Made by a program: the position numbers and the translations under genes. The notes under the pieces were generated by a model. That model was not told the origin of the DNA. It searched no databases and saw nothing but the letters and a program-made list of their open reading frames with translations. Positions 1 to 11,100 of a stretch of DNA of 64,000 nt are shown in pieces; position 1 is the stretch's first letter; every line of letters begins with the position of its first letter. Origin of the DNA: Rhizaria sp. SCN 62-66 (lineage: Eukaryota); contig MEDY01000014.1 in NCBI GenBank assembly GCA_001724265.1, positions 124,001-188,000 on the forward strand. The letters are read 5' to 3'.

Positions 1-1
1 C

Positions 2-3000
2 AGCGGTGTCCATAGAAACGGCTTCGATGTCAACAGCAACACTGCGGCGCTGGGTCTCTCGTCCCCACAGCCGCTGCCGCTGCCCCAAGGCGCGCGCAGA
101 CAGAGCGCGCAGCAGCAGCCGTTGTCGTACGCGTCGCAGTACAAGGGCGCGCGCGCCCCACTGCCCGCGCCGCCGCTGCCGCCGGTGCCCACGGTCTCTG
201 GCGCCGTCATCCCCGCCTCGGCGATGCCGCACTCAGCCCTAATGCCGCCGCACTCGGGCTTGACGCACCACTTGCCGGTGCGCGCGCCGCAGGCCGTCGT
301 GCTGCGCCTGCCGACCCACGCGCTGCTGCTCTCGCGCGCGCTGCCACCCGTGCTTGCTCTCGTCAACATCGCCACGTTCGTCTCCTCGATCGTGAACCTC
401 GTGTACCGCCGCCGCGACCGCGACATCGCGTCCACGGCGTCGCTGGTTGCCGTGTGGACCACGTGCGCCGGCGTCGGCATCGTCGGCGTCGTCTTCGTCG
501 TCCTGTCGCGGCTGCTCCAGCGCGCAGTCGAGCCGCTCTGGCGCTCCCGCGTGCGCCGCGCCCTCCGCCGCGGTCACCGCAAGCGCAAGCTGGCCGAGAT
601 TATGCGCGGCTTCCTCGAGCGCGCCGGCCTCCGGTCCAGCGCGCGGCCCGCGGCCACCGCGGCAGCGGGCGCGAACGGCGAGGGACTGGACGCACCGCTG
701 ACGGCCGTGTACGCCGGCGGCGGCGCAGACAGTGGGAGCTATGGTGACAGCGTTGATAGCGGCAGCGGCAGTGGATCTGATGAGGGCGCATACAGCGACG
801 ACTTCAGCGATGATGACAGCGACGACGACGACGACGACGGTGACTTTGACACCGCGAACAGCCACAATCATCATCATAATCACTACTATCATCATCACCA
901 TCATCATCATAATCGGGGTCGCTATAACGTTGGCGACGGAGATGAGTACGATGATCTTGACACGACCGCAAACGCCGTCATCTACGCCGGACCTCACGAG
1001 TACGCGCTCTCCTCAGTCTACTCCAACAACAACAGCAACAACAACAACAATAACAATAACAACGCCGGTGACGGCTATGATGACTACAGCTCGAGTGGCC
1101 AGTACGTCGTGAGCGGCATGTCGCGCTACCGCCCGCCGCACGTGCCCGTCGCCATGGCGGACGCCACGACGGACCCCCGCGCGCTGGCTTTCGCGCCGCC
1201 CATCTACGCCGCCGCCGACGCCGTCACTGCGGCCGCCAACGCCGCGGCGGCGGCTGCAGCAGCAGCGGCGGCTCACGGTCACTCCGCGGCAGGCAGTGCG
1301 CGCAGCGGGAGCTCAACCCCGCGGTCACAGCCCTCGCGTCCCGGCACGCCCTCGCGCGTTCACGACAATCAGAGCAGCCATCACAACAACAGCTACGCCG
1401 GCACCGGCGCCGGCGCGGGCGCTGCGCGTCCCCTCTCCCGCGCGAGCTCGAGCTCCCACTACAGCCACTCGCACTCGCATCATAATTCGCATTCGCACTC
1501 TCTGGCGCACACGCCGGCGCGCTCCCGCGCCCCCAGCCGCAGCCAGAGCCGCGGCACTGCCCCAGCCGGCGGTGGTTCGCACGCTGCCGCGCCGGGAGCC
1601 GGCACCGGAGGTGTGTACAAGTCCTCTCTGGGGAGTGCAGGCGCGAGCGGGCCCGGCAGCTTCACGCCCGCCGACGCCGCGGTGGCGCTGCTGGCACGCG
1701 CGCCGCTGGGGGTCGTGGCCGTGGCCGGCAGCGTCGGCGGCTGCAGCGACCCCGACGACAGCGACGGGGACGATGGCCGGGACAACATCCGTGCGGGTGA
1801 GGGCGACGGCGATGATGGAGACAGCGGCGAGAATGACGGCGACGACAGTGGCAGCGATGACGCCGACGATGGCAACGGTGACGAGACCGCTGGTCCTGTG
1901 TCGGCTGCGGTTGCCATGGCGCGCCACGTCAGCCAGGTCAGCCACGTCAGCAGCGCCAGCGGGGCCAGCAGCGCCAGCGCGGCCAGCGGGGCCGGCAGCG
2001 CGCGCCGCGGCAAGTCCTCCCGTCGCGGCCGGCCCAGCGGCAGTAGCCGCCACGGCGGCGGCAGCATCAGCAGTGACCTCAACCTCAATAGCTCACACAG
2101 CAACGCCAAGAATGTGGACGGCGACGCGAACCCTGACGGCGGCGGTCTCTTCGGCTCGCCGTCAATGGCCTTCGAGCCCGCTCTCCCCGGCGGCGGTTCC
2201 CGCGGCGCCGCCATCAACCGCGACGCTCTCACTGCGACCACGACCGCAAGCAACAACAGCAGTGCCGACGCCAGCGCGAAGCCCGAGGCCGATAGCTCCA
2301 CCATCGCGACTGCTTCTGAGAGTGGCGGCCACAGGCGCAGCGGCAGCGGCGCGAGCGGCAGCTCCCGGCGCCGCGACGGCGGCCGGCGTTCCGGCAGCTC
2401 GAGCTCTTTCTCTTCCTCGTCGTCCTCCGCGTCAGCGTCGGCGTCGGCGTCGTATGTGACCAAGAGTGGCGCCAGTCCCGCTAACGGCGGCGGCGGCGGC
2501 GGCAACGCGCGCAGCGGCTCGCGCTCCGCCCGCGCCTCCGTCGTCGCCGCCGCCCGTCGCGGCGCAAACTCTGCGGCAAACACTGTTGCAAACGCGAATG
2601 TACGCAGTGCGGCGGCCGCTGCGACGGGGATCCGCACCGGCGCACCGCCCGTGCAGCGGCTGTACGTAGCCTCCGTGCTGACGGCGCTGTGCTTCGTCGT
2701 CCGCGCCGCGCTGCTGCCGCTCATCACGCGCTTCGACGTCGGCCATTGGGCCGTGCTGCTGACCTACTTCGCCGTCGGAGAGGTCCTCCCCGCGCTCGCC
2801 ATGATCAAGGCCTTCACCACGGCGCACGCGCGGCCAGTTTCGCGCGCGCAGCAGGCCGCTGCGGCGGCGGCGGCGGCCGCGGCGGCTGCGGCGGCCGCGG
2901 TCGAGGCCGAGCAGCAGGCGCGCGCGCTCGCTGACGCCGGGCTCTGGTCTGGCGCCGAGGGCAACGTCAGCTCTGCGCCCCTCGCTGACGCATCTGCCTC

Positions 3001-4681
3001 TTACGCTGGCCCTCACACTGGCGCTGACTCTGGCGTGACGGGCACGGCGACCGGTTTGGTGCCGGTGGGCACGGAGCGTGGTCTAACCGGCCCTCCCAAT
3101 GGCGGCGGAGGCGCGGTGGCTGTGGCGGCCCAGGGCTTCGGCTTCGGCCTCGCGCCCGCCGCGGACTCTGCCGCTGGCGTCACCGCGGTGGGGAGCTACG
3201 GCCACGGCCACACCTACGGTGGATACGGCGGCTACACGCCCGCCACGCCGGTCTACGGCGCCGTCCCCGCGTCTGCAGCGTACGGCAACGGACCCGCCGG
3301 CTCGCCCCCTCAGGCCCACGGTCTCGTCGACGGCGCTCAAGGTCACTACAGTGGGCATGTGGTGCCGGTGACCCCGCGCCGTGGCGCTTCTGGCGCTGCT
3401 GGGACTGCCGGGAACACCGGAGTGACTGGGGTCGGCAATGTCGGCCCTTCGCGGTTCTCGCTCGGGTCGTACGCCGCCGCGTCCCCCGCTGGACTCAATG
3501 CTCACGGCCACACTCACGGTCACTCTCAGGGACACGTGGGTTATGGGTACGGCGGGTACGCCAACGCGTACGGCACCGGTTCGCAGCCAGTCCCCGTGTC
3601 TGGCTCTGCTGATGACAACGCCTCACAGCCGCAGGCGCAGTTGTATCAGACCGCGTCATCTGCGGTTGCGATGGGCAGCAGCGTTGCGACCAACGCCCCC
3701 CTCGCCTCGAGCGCCGCGGCCGCCGGGCCCTTCGGCTTCGGTCTCGGCCTCAGCCTGGGCGGCGGCGCGGGCCGCTTTGGTCTCTTCGACGCTTCTGCCG
3801 CCGCTGCCGCCGACGCCGACGCCGACGCTGACGCCGCTGCGCTAGCGCTCGCGGGGCAGGGCGTGTCGTTTGTGCCCTTCACTGCGGCGACGAGCCTCGC
3901 GCACTCGACTGCCGGCGGCGGCGGCATCGGCTCGGCGGCGGTGCCCTTTCCGCCTCCCCTTGTCATCGGCACTGGCTTGGGCGCGACCTCAGGCGCTGGT
4001 GGCTACAGCAACACTCTGGCATCGACCCCCCGCAACTCATCGTCGTCAGCTTTTGGAGCCGCGTTCGGCGCCGCTTTCTCGCCCCAGAACGCCGGCGGCG
4101 CGCTGTACTCGCATCACGGCACCATGAACAACAACACCATCAACGTGCCTTTGTACAGCACCGGTCTGGTCTCGGCAACCGCGCCGCCGCAGCGTTCGCC
4201 ATTGCGTCCCTCTGCAATGGCCCTGAGCGCCGCCATGACCGCGGGCGCGGGTGCGGGCGCGGGCTTCGAGGCCGACTCAGGCGGCGTCGCGTCCCCCGCG
4301 CTCTCCGCGGCCGCCGTGCCCGCGCTGGGCTCGGTCTTAGGCGCCACCGGTGGTCAGCCCGGAGGCAGTCTGCCGCCTCTGGCCAGCACTCCTGCCTCCG
4401 CGCTGGGTCCGCTTGGGGAGAGCGTGCGGCGGTCGGGCGGCGCGCCGGTCCTGGGGCAGCGAGCGGCTGCGGGTGGCCACCATCAGGGCGGCGCGGGGGC
4501 CGCGGGCGCCGGGCTGTCGAGCGCAGGCGCGATCGTGGGCGTAGGCGGGCAGGGGGCCAAGCACCAGGCCTCCGCCGCCGCCGCAGAGGCTGCGTTCAAG
4601 CGACAGCTGAGTCTGCACAATATCGCGCTGGCGGACGAGGAGGCCGGGGGGAGCCAGGACCAGGACGGATGGAAGCAGTGA
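2..4681 (+). CDS. 5'-truncated multi-pass membrane protein, GPR137/TOM1 (THH1/TOM1/TOM3, DUF1084)-like, with very large low-complexity loop and tail
   Basis: Frame 2 is open from the window start to TGA at 4679-4681. Four hydrophobic helices are visible: PVLALVNIATFVSSIVNLVY, LVAVWTTCAGVGIVGVVFVVL, LYVASVLTALCFVVRAALL and WAVLLTYFAVGEVLPALAMI. CFxxR followed by Y...E.LP resembles the last two helices of this family. The rest is A/G/S/D/N/H-rich. Confidence 0.55.
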   Translation, partial: SGVHRNGFDVNSNTAALGLSSPQPLPLPQGARRQSAQQQPLSYASQYKGARAPLPAPPLPPVPTVSGAVIPASAMPHSALMPPHSGLTHHLPVRAPQAVVLRLPTHALLLSRALPPVLALVNIATFVSSIVNLVYRRRDRDIASTASLVAVWTTCAGVGIVGVVFVVLSRLLQRAVEPLWRSRVRRALRRGHRKRKLAEIMRGFLERAGLRSSARPAATAAAGANGEGLDAPLTAVYAGGGADSGSYGDSVDSGSGSGSDEGAYSDDFSDDDSDDDDDDGDFDTANSHNHHHNHYYHHHHHHHNRGRYNVGDGDEYDDLDTTANAVIYAGPHEYALSSVYSNNNSNNNNNNNNNAGDGYDDYSSSGQYVVSGMSRYRPPHVPVAMADATTDPRALAFAPPIYAAADAVTAAANAAAAAAAAAAAHGHSAAGSARSGSSTPRSQPSRPGTPSRVHDNQSSHHNNSYAGTGAGAGAARPLSRASSSSHYSHSHSHHNSHSHSLAHTPARSRAPSRSQSRGTAPAGGGSHAAAPGAGTGGVYKSSLGSAGASGPGSFTPADAAVALLARAPLGVVAVAGSVGGCSDPDDSDGDDGRDNIRAGEGDGDDGDSGENDGDDSGSDDADDGNGDETAGPVSAAVAMARHVSQVSHVSSASGASSASAASGAGSARRGKSSRRGRPSGSSRHGGGSISSDLNLNSSHSNAKNVDGDANPDGGGLFGSPSMAFEPALPGGGSRGAAINRDALTATTTASNNSSADASAKPEADSSTIATASESGGHRRSGSGASGSSRRRDGGRRSGSSSSFSSSSSSASASASASYVTKSGASPANGGGGGGNARSGSRSARASVVAAARRGANSAANTVANANVRSAAAAATGIRTGAPPVQRLYVASVLTALCFVVRAALLPLITRFDVGHWAVLLTYFAVGEVLPALAMIKAFTTAHARPVSRAQQAAAAAAAAAAAAAAAVEAEQQARALADAGLWSGAEGNVSSAPLADASASYAGPHTGADSGVTGTATGLVPVGTERGLTGPPNGGGGAVAVAAQGFGFGLAPAADSAAGVTAVGSYGHGHTYGGYGGYTPATPVYGAVPASAAYGNGPAGSPPQAHGLVDGAQGHYSGHVVPVTPRRGASGAAGTAGNTGVTGVGNVGPSRFSLGSYAAASPAGLNAHGHTHGHSQGHVGYGYGGYANAYGTGSQPVPVSGSADDNASQPQAQLYQTASSAVAMGSSVATNAPLASSAAAAGPFGFGLGLSLGGGAGRFGLFDASAAAAADADADADAAALALAGQGVSFVPFTAATSLAHSTAGGGGIGSAAVPFPPPLVIGTGLGATSGAGGYSNTLASTPRNSSSSAFGAAFGAAFSPQNAGGALYSHHGTMNNNTINVPLYSTGLVSATAPPQRSPLRPSAMALSAAMTAGAGAGAGFEADSGGVASPALSAAAVPALGSVLGATGGQPGGSLPPLASTPASALGPLGESVRRSGGAPVLGQRAAAGGHHQGGAGAAGAGLSSAGAIVGVGGQGAKHQASAAAAEAAFKRQLSLHNIALADEEAGGSQDQDGWKQ

Positions 4682-5043
4682 GCTTGCGTCCGAGCGCGGA
4701 CGAGACGCATCCTGGACTGTGCTGGCTGGCTTCGACTTGGGCGGCTGGTGACGAAACGGTGACGAAGTGGCTGCGGTTGTGGTGGATTTTCAACTCGTTT
4801 ATTTCGTTGTTATATATCGCGTATTACCGATTTATAACGCAGTATATCGGTAATATAAACTGTAATTTAATTTATTCACTGGAGCAAGCTCTGTTTCAGC
4901 AAATACATAGGTCTAATAATCGTGTTAAAGTTCGCCACCACATATCTCCTCGGCTCGGAGAAATCCAAACGGAAGCGCGGAGGGGTCATGACAGAAGTGC
5001 AGTACTCTGCACACCCCGAACCGTCAACGCACTGCTAGTCAAC

Positions 5044-5845
5044 ATGTTGAAGAATATCTCCAAGATTACATCTCGTGTCAAAATTACGCGCTCTCTGGTG
5101 CCAGTTGTGACCTGCATCACGCGGGCTCAGGCGACCAAGGCTCCTGTGTGCCAGCACGTCGTCCCCCGTGCCGCGCCCCTGGTCTCTGCCACCGCATTCC
5201 CCGCTGCTCCTCGCGCTGCTGCGTGGCCCACATACGGTGTGCCATTTGTGCCTTCGCGTGGCTTTTCCCCCGACGCTGTCGCTGCCGCTGAGATGCCTGC
5301 CGCCGTCAAACTCGTACGTCTACCGCCCGTCGTCAGCCACGCTCCACTACTTCAAACGTTGCCACTCGATCTGCGATATGCACGACTTTCTCTCGCTATA
5401 TCCGCGCCAAACTGACATATATTTTATACCCGTGTGTTTTGCGTTTACCATTTGAATTTCACGCTGTTCTGTTCTGACTTAGCTCTTCTCTGAGTTCGTG
5501 ACTGCGCTTAGCGCTCTTGCCGAGGACAACCCCGGCATGATCTTGGACCACAACCTGCCCCTGCTGTCGTGCTACGCTGCCCAGCCGCACCACGCGCAGT
5601 GGGCGTGCCCGACGCTGACGCTGACTCTCCCCGCCGGCCGCGGCGAGTACGTGCTGCGCCACTACTCCCCGCGCCCCACGGCCGTGCCCTCGGTTTCGCT
5701 GCAGTCGCCCGTGTCGGCCGCCGCGTATACGTACGCGTACCACCCCGAGCAGCAGCGCTGGGAGTGCACCGCCGACGGACACCTGCTCATCGAGCTGCTG
5801 GTGCGCGAGCTCACGCCCATCTGCCGCGGGTACCCCAACTTCTGA
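5044..5845 (+). CDS. Divergent frataxin/CyaY-like mitochondrial protein, 2 exons (5044-5313, 5483-5845), about 210 aa
   Basis: The N-terminus MLKNISKITSRVKITRS is basic and lacks acidic residues, like a mitochondrial presequence. A phase-0 GTACGT...CTTAG intron joins the two frames. TLTLTLPAGRGEYVL...LQSPVS...YAY...RWECTADGHLLIELLVREL follows the frataxin pattern VLTL..G.YVIN...LSSP.SG...W....DG..L.ELL..EL. Confidence 0.7.
5314..5482 (+). other. Spliceosomal intron (169 nt, phase 0) in the frataxin-like gene
   Basis: GTACGT donor at 5314, CTGAC branch-like motif and TTAG acceptor ending at 5482. Removal fuses AVKL|LFSEFVT in frame. Confidence 0.75.
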
Positions 5846-6446
5846 GCCGCGGGTGAGTCAATGAGGCTGTGAGTTTTCAGATCAAAATATTGAGGCAGTG
5901 ACGCTCAGTGACGCCGGTATAATGGCATATATCACTCTGGTTTAGCTCTGGGGCCATATCACCATGTAACCGCAATGGATAATATTGGCAACAGCACGAC
6001 TGCTGCACGAGTTGAAGACAATGCGAATGAAAGCAAATAGATGACAAACTTACTTAGTATCAGGTTGATGATCGCATGAATCAATGCTATTTTATTCACT
6101 TGTCTTTCTAATATTCTGGAATATCTTTATTTCTTGTAAGTGCGACTTGTACCTTTGTATTTTATTCCATCATGAACTAGAATAAACGTGCAAGCAGACA
6201 ACGGCCCGTAAAAACAGTAAAGATATTGCTCAGGATACAAACTTGATCAAAGTCAACAACCGTAACCCAATAACCTGTAACAGTATCTATCGTGCGCGCC
6301 GTCATATCTGTGTTTGCTCACGGTCGTCACCTCACTGAGAACAGCGCCTCACAGTCCGTGCCCTTAGTCCTTGGCTCGCTCACAGTCGGTCGCTCCCACT
6401 CGTCACACCGCGCCGCGCCGCGCCGCGCCCCGCTCCGCTCTGCTCC

Positions 6447-7739
6447 TCACCACCGTGGCTTGGGCACCACCTTGATCACGACGACGGCGAGCATCAGCAT
6501 GGCGACCGCGGCGGCGAGCATCGCCAGCTGTCCGCAGCATCCACCCCAGCCCTGCCGGTCGAGAAACCGCGCGAGCCTGCTCGAAGTGGCGCGCAGCCCC
6601 GTCTCGAGCGCCTCGGTGACCGTGTCCACGCCGTCAAGCACCGCGCGGTCCGCCGCCAGCGCGCCCGCGATGCCGCGCACGCGGTCTTTGAGCGCGGCGG
6701 AGAGCTCCAAGAGGTCGTCCGCCACAGCATCACGCTCTGCTGCCGTCGCATTCACGGTCGCACCGCTAGAAGAGCTTGAGCTTGAACCTGAGCCAGAGAG
6801 TACTGGGGGCGGGGCGTCGAGGCCGAGGCCGCGGCGGAGGTGAGAGAGCTCGGCAGCGCGGGCCAGCGCGCGGCGCTCGCGGAGAGCAGTAGCGGCGGCG
6901 GACGCTGCAAGGGCATCAACGTCGTCAAATGCAGAATCAGAAGCAGAGCCAGAAGCAGAGGCAGAGGCAGAGGCAGAGGCAGGGTTCTGTTGTGACGCTG
7001 TTGTTGATGCTGCTGTTGCTGATAAGGATGATGAGTCAGACGCGGGGACAGAGGAAGGCGATGCGGACTGCCAAGAGCTCGGAGTCTTTGCAGGATTACC
7101 GTTGTTGGAGTCGTTTGTGTTGTTGGGTGATGTGACACCAAGGCTGGCGACGTGCGCTGCCGCGAACGCTGTGACCGAGGCCTCGAGCGCGGCGCGGTCC
7201 GCGGGCAGTGCGGGCGTGCCGGGCAGCGCGCCGCGGCGGCGCAGCACCGCGGCAGCGCTCGCCGCGGCCTGCAGCGTCTGTATCTGCTCCCCCACCGCAC
7301 TCGCACTCTCCGAGACTGAGTCGCCTGCCTTCGCGGCCGCTGCTGCTACTGCTGATGCGGCAGCGGCGGCCTTGGCGCCGGGGCCGGTGGAGGCGCGGGC
7401 AAGCAGCGCGGGCAGCGCGGCGGTGAAGACGTCGAGCGCGACGGAGTCGGAGAACGCGAGGTGCTCAGGAGCCTCTGCCTCGCCAAGAGCGGCGTGACAC
7501 AGCGACAGCGCTGCACAGAGCTGGCGCTGCGCGACACGAGCGGAGTCGAAGGACGCCGCACGCAGGAACGAGGACCGCGCAGGGTCAAAGACGGAGCTCG
7601 CGTCCGAGGCGGACAGGGAGAAGATGGGCGGCGCAGGGGCGCGCGGGACAGATGGGAGCTTCGAGGAGGAAGCAGTGGTTGAAGATGTTGAGTCAGCGGA
7701 CTCGTCGGGAGACCCCACGATTGCACGGAAAAGCCACAT
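6447..7739 (-). CDS. USE1: Use1-like Qc-SNARE (ER retrograde traffic), tail-anchored, about 430 aa
   Basis: C-terminal SNARE-like heptads RDAVADDLLELSAALKDRVRGIAGALAADRAVLDGVD...L, then one terminal TM helix ending IKVVPKPRW. This matches the Use1 pattern L..LA..LK.......L..D..VL. The start is placed at the first in-frame ATG and is uncertain. Confidence 0.7.
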   Translation of the reverse strand: MWLFRAIVGSPDESADSTSSTTASSSKLPSVPRAPAPPIFSLSASDASSVFDPARSSFLRAASFDSARVAQRQLCAALSLCHAALGEAEAPEHLAFSDSVALDVFTAALPALLARASTGPGAKAAAAASAVAAAAAKAGDSVSESASAVGEQIQTLQAAASAAAVLRRRGALPGTPALPADRAALEASVTAFAAAHVASLGVTSPNNTNDSNNGNPAKTPSSWQSASPSSVPASDSSSLSATAASTTASQQNPASASASASASGSASDSAFDDVDALAASAAATALRERRALARAAELSHLRRGLGLDAPPPVLSGSGSSSSSSSGATVNATAAERDAVADDLLELSAALKDRVRGIAGALAADRAVLDGVDTVTEALETGLRATSSRLARFLDRQGWGGCCGQLAMLAAAVAMLMLAVVVIKVVPKPRW

Positions 7740-8143
7740 TGAATTACAATGCAGAAAACCCGATGTGTGTGTCCAAAAAGCCAAAGAAGCTGCACTTGAC
7801 AGACGATTGGTCTCAGATATCAATGTTGCTCGCCAGCTCTTGTCCAGCCACGAAAAAATCGCAGAGCGCGGTCGCCCACCTCACGGACGAGCCAATTCGA
7901 GCACGCAAACGTGCTCATATACTACGCCGGTCCGCTATGATACCGTAACACTCGCGTATGATGTTTTTCCGTGACTTTTATATATAAATCCATTATTGCA
8001 TTTCTATCGGGGCACGTTATCCCTTCCAGTGGCACTCCTTGCTCGAGGCTCTTTCACTCTCGGCATCGCCCGAACTTCTTCCGGGAACTCACTCTGCTCT
8101 GCCTCGTATATTTCTTCTTCGTTTTTGTTTCCCCCGCAGCACA

Positions 8144-11100
8144 ATGGAGCCGACAACCCGTTTGTGTTTGAAGAACATCCCTTTGACTCTGACAGAGACG
8201 GCGCTTCGCGAGAAGCTTCTGCGCGAGACCAAGGGCGTGAATGGCAAGCCGATTACCGACATGGCGCTCACCGACGTCCGCATCGCTCGCACTAAGCACG
8301 GCAAGTCGCGCCAGCTCGCCTTCATTGGCTTCAAGACCGCGGAGCAGTGCGCCATTGTGCAGCGTTACTGGAACCGCGCGTTCATGGGCACTATCCGCGT
8401 CCAGGTACGTCACGTCGCAACACGACAGCATCACGCTGCTAACTTATGAAACACTTTGCATGAGACTCTTAACGTTCACATATTCGACTGCTGCTGCATG
8501 ATCTGAACAGCCACATGCATATCTATTTGTCACTTGTATTCATTGGTCCCATGCGACATCTATATCGCTCACCACATCCATGCTTGACTCTTCTCTCTCT
8601 TTTTCATGTTCGTTCTCACTGTGATTGCGGCTACGTTTCAGGCTGAGTTCGCGCAGCCCCCCGGCGCGGGCGACCTGGCGCGACCCTGGTCGCGCTACTC
8701 CGAGGGCGCGTCCCGCAACCCCGCCACGCAGGCCCGTCTGGCCGCCGAGCACCAGGCGCGCCTCGACCGCGCGCGCCAGATCGCGCTCAACGGCGGCGTC
8801 TCCACGGCCGCCGCCGACGGCCACTCCCCGGCGCGCAACGACACGGTGGTGGTCAACGGCGAGACGGTCGCGCTCCGCGCCGGCCGCGGCGAGGCGCTCC
8901 TGAGCCCCGAGGAGCAGGCGCTCGCCCGCGCCCGCCGCGCGCAGCAGCAGGCTCTGGCGTTCCATCCCGCTCTGCGCTCGCTGACGGCCGAGCAGCGCGA
9001 GCGCGTGCTGTCGGACCAGCGCTTTCTGGACTACATGGACACCAAGGCGACGGGCCGCGCGGAGCAGAAGACGTTCTGGGACAACAACGACCAGAGCCGG
9101 TCGACTAACTCGCTGCGCGCGCTGCTACTGGCGCGGCGGGAACGCGAGCAGGGCTTCGCAGTCGCGCACGGGGAGACGTATGAGACGCTGATGGCTAGTC
9201 TCAAGGCCGGCAAGGGCAAGGGCAAGGGCAAGGGTGACGACGGGGATGAGTCGACCGACGACGAGGAGTACTTCGAGAATCCCGCGGTGTCGGCCGCCGT
9301 CCGCGACGCCGACGCTGACGCTGTCGAGAAGGACTCCAAGTCCAAGGCTGGCAGCGATGACGACGAGGATGAGGACGAGGAGGTTGAGGACGAAGACAAC
9401 GAGTTCGTGAGCGAGCTTCTCAAGACACAGGCGACAAACCAGGCCAACAAGAGCACGGTGAGTGACGCAGACTACTTCAAGATGAAGGCGTCGTCCTCGT
9501 TCGACTCGGACGACGACGACGACTTCGAGAGCGATGACAACAAGAACAAAAACAAGAACACCCACAACGATAGTGACAGTGACGACGAGGACAGCCGCAC
9601 CCAGAGCGCGAGCAAGAGCAAGAGTGGCCTCACCAGTCGCGCCAAGCGCGCCAAGCCGGACTCCGACTCCGACTCGAGTGACGACGGTGACAGTGACTCG
9701 AGCGACGGCGGCAGTGACAGCGGCGGTGACAGCGGCGATTCGGACTCTGACTCTAGCGACAGTGTCAGTGACAGTAGTGACGATGACGACTCCAAGGTTA
9801 AGCAGGCCTCTAAGCGCTCGCGCCCTGCCTCCAAGAAGGCCGCTGCTTCTGAGTCCGAGTCCGAGTCGGACTCTGATGCCAAGACCAAGAAGAGCAAGTC
9901 TAAGGCCAAGAAGGACGCTAAGGACGGCGATAAGAAGAAGTCTAGCAAGAGCATGAAGGACGACGAGGACGACGACGGGCTTAACTTCGAGTCCGACGAC
10001 GAGGACAGTAAGGACAGCAAGAACTCCAAGAAGGACGCCGGCGCCGGCGTGCGTGCGGCCACCAACGTCCCCCGCGACCTGACCCCCGCGCAGGCCGAGG
10101 CTATGGTGCTCGAGTCCGGCCGCCTCTTCCTGCGCCGCCTCCCGTTCTCAGTCACCGAGGCCGAGCTCCGCTCCGCGCTCGACCGCTTCGGCGACGTCTC
10201 CGAGCTCTCGCTCCCGCTCGACCTCCAGCGCCAGTCCAAGGGCTTCGCGACGGCCGCGTTCACAGTGCCCGAGCACGCGCTGGCCGCCATGCGCGGGCTC
10301 GACGGCAAGCTCTTCCAGGGCCGCATCATTAACGTGCTCCCTGGCACCGCGCCCCTCGTCAGCGCGTCCGCCGGCGCGGGCGGCGCGGGCAGCGGGCCGA
10401 TCGACCCCAACAACCCCTTCGCCGGTCTGGGCGACGACGAGCTGCGCAAGATGACGCACAAGAAGAAGAAGGAGCTGCTCGAGCGCGCGCGCGCCCAGCA
10501 GGGACACAACTGGAACTCGCTCTTCATTTCCCCCAACACCGTCGCCGAGGCCGTGGCTAACAAGTTCCAGATGGCCAAGGCGGCGCTGCTCGGCGCCGAC
10601 GCCGCGGAGGAGCAGGCCAACATCGGCGTCCGCATGGCCGTCGCCGAGACGCACATGATCCAGGAGACCAAGAAGTACCTCGAGGCATGTGGCGTCGACT
10701 TGGACGCCTTCGTCTCGACCCCCAGCGCCGCCACGGGCGCCCGCGGCGCGGCGCAGCGCAGCACGACCACGATCCTGGTCAAGAACCTCCCGTTTGCGAC
10801 CGAGGACGCCGAGCTCCGCAAGCTCTTCAAGCGCTTCGGCGCGCTGGCGCGGTTTGTGCTGCCGCCTTACAAGACGGTCGCGCTTGTCGACTTCGCCGAC
10901 TCCTCCGCCGCCAAGAAGGCCTTCACGGCGCTGGCGTACAAGAAGTTCCACACGGCGCCGCTGTACCTGGAGTGGGCGCCGCGCGACTGCCTGAAGCCGC
11001 TCGACGCCGCCGCGGCGGCCGCGATGCCGGGCGCCGTTGTCGCGCTCTCCGCAGACGGCCGGTCCACCACCGACGTCGCCGCCGCGCTCGACTCGCAGGA

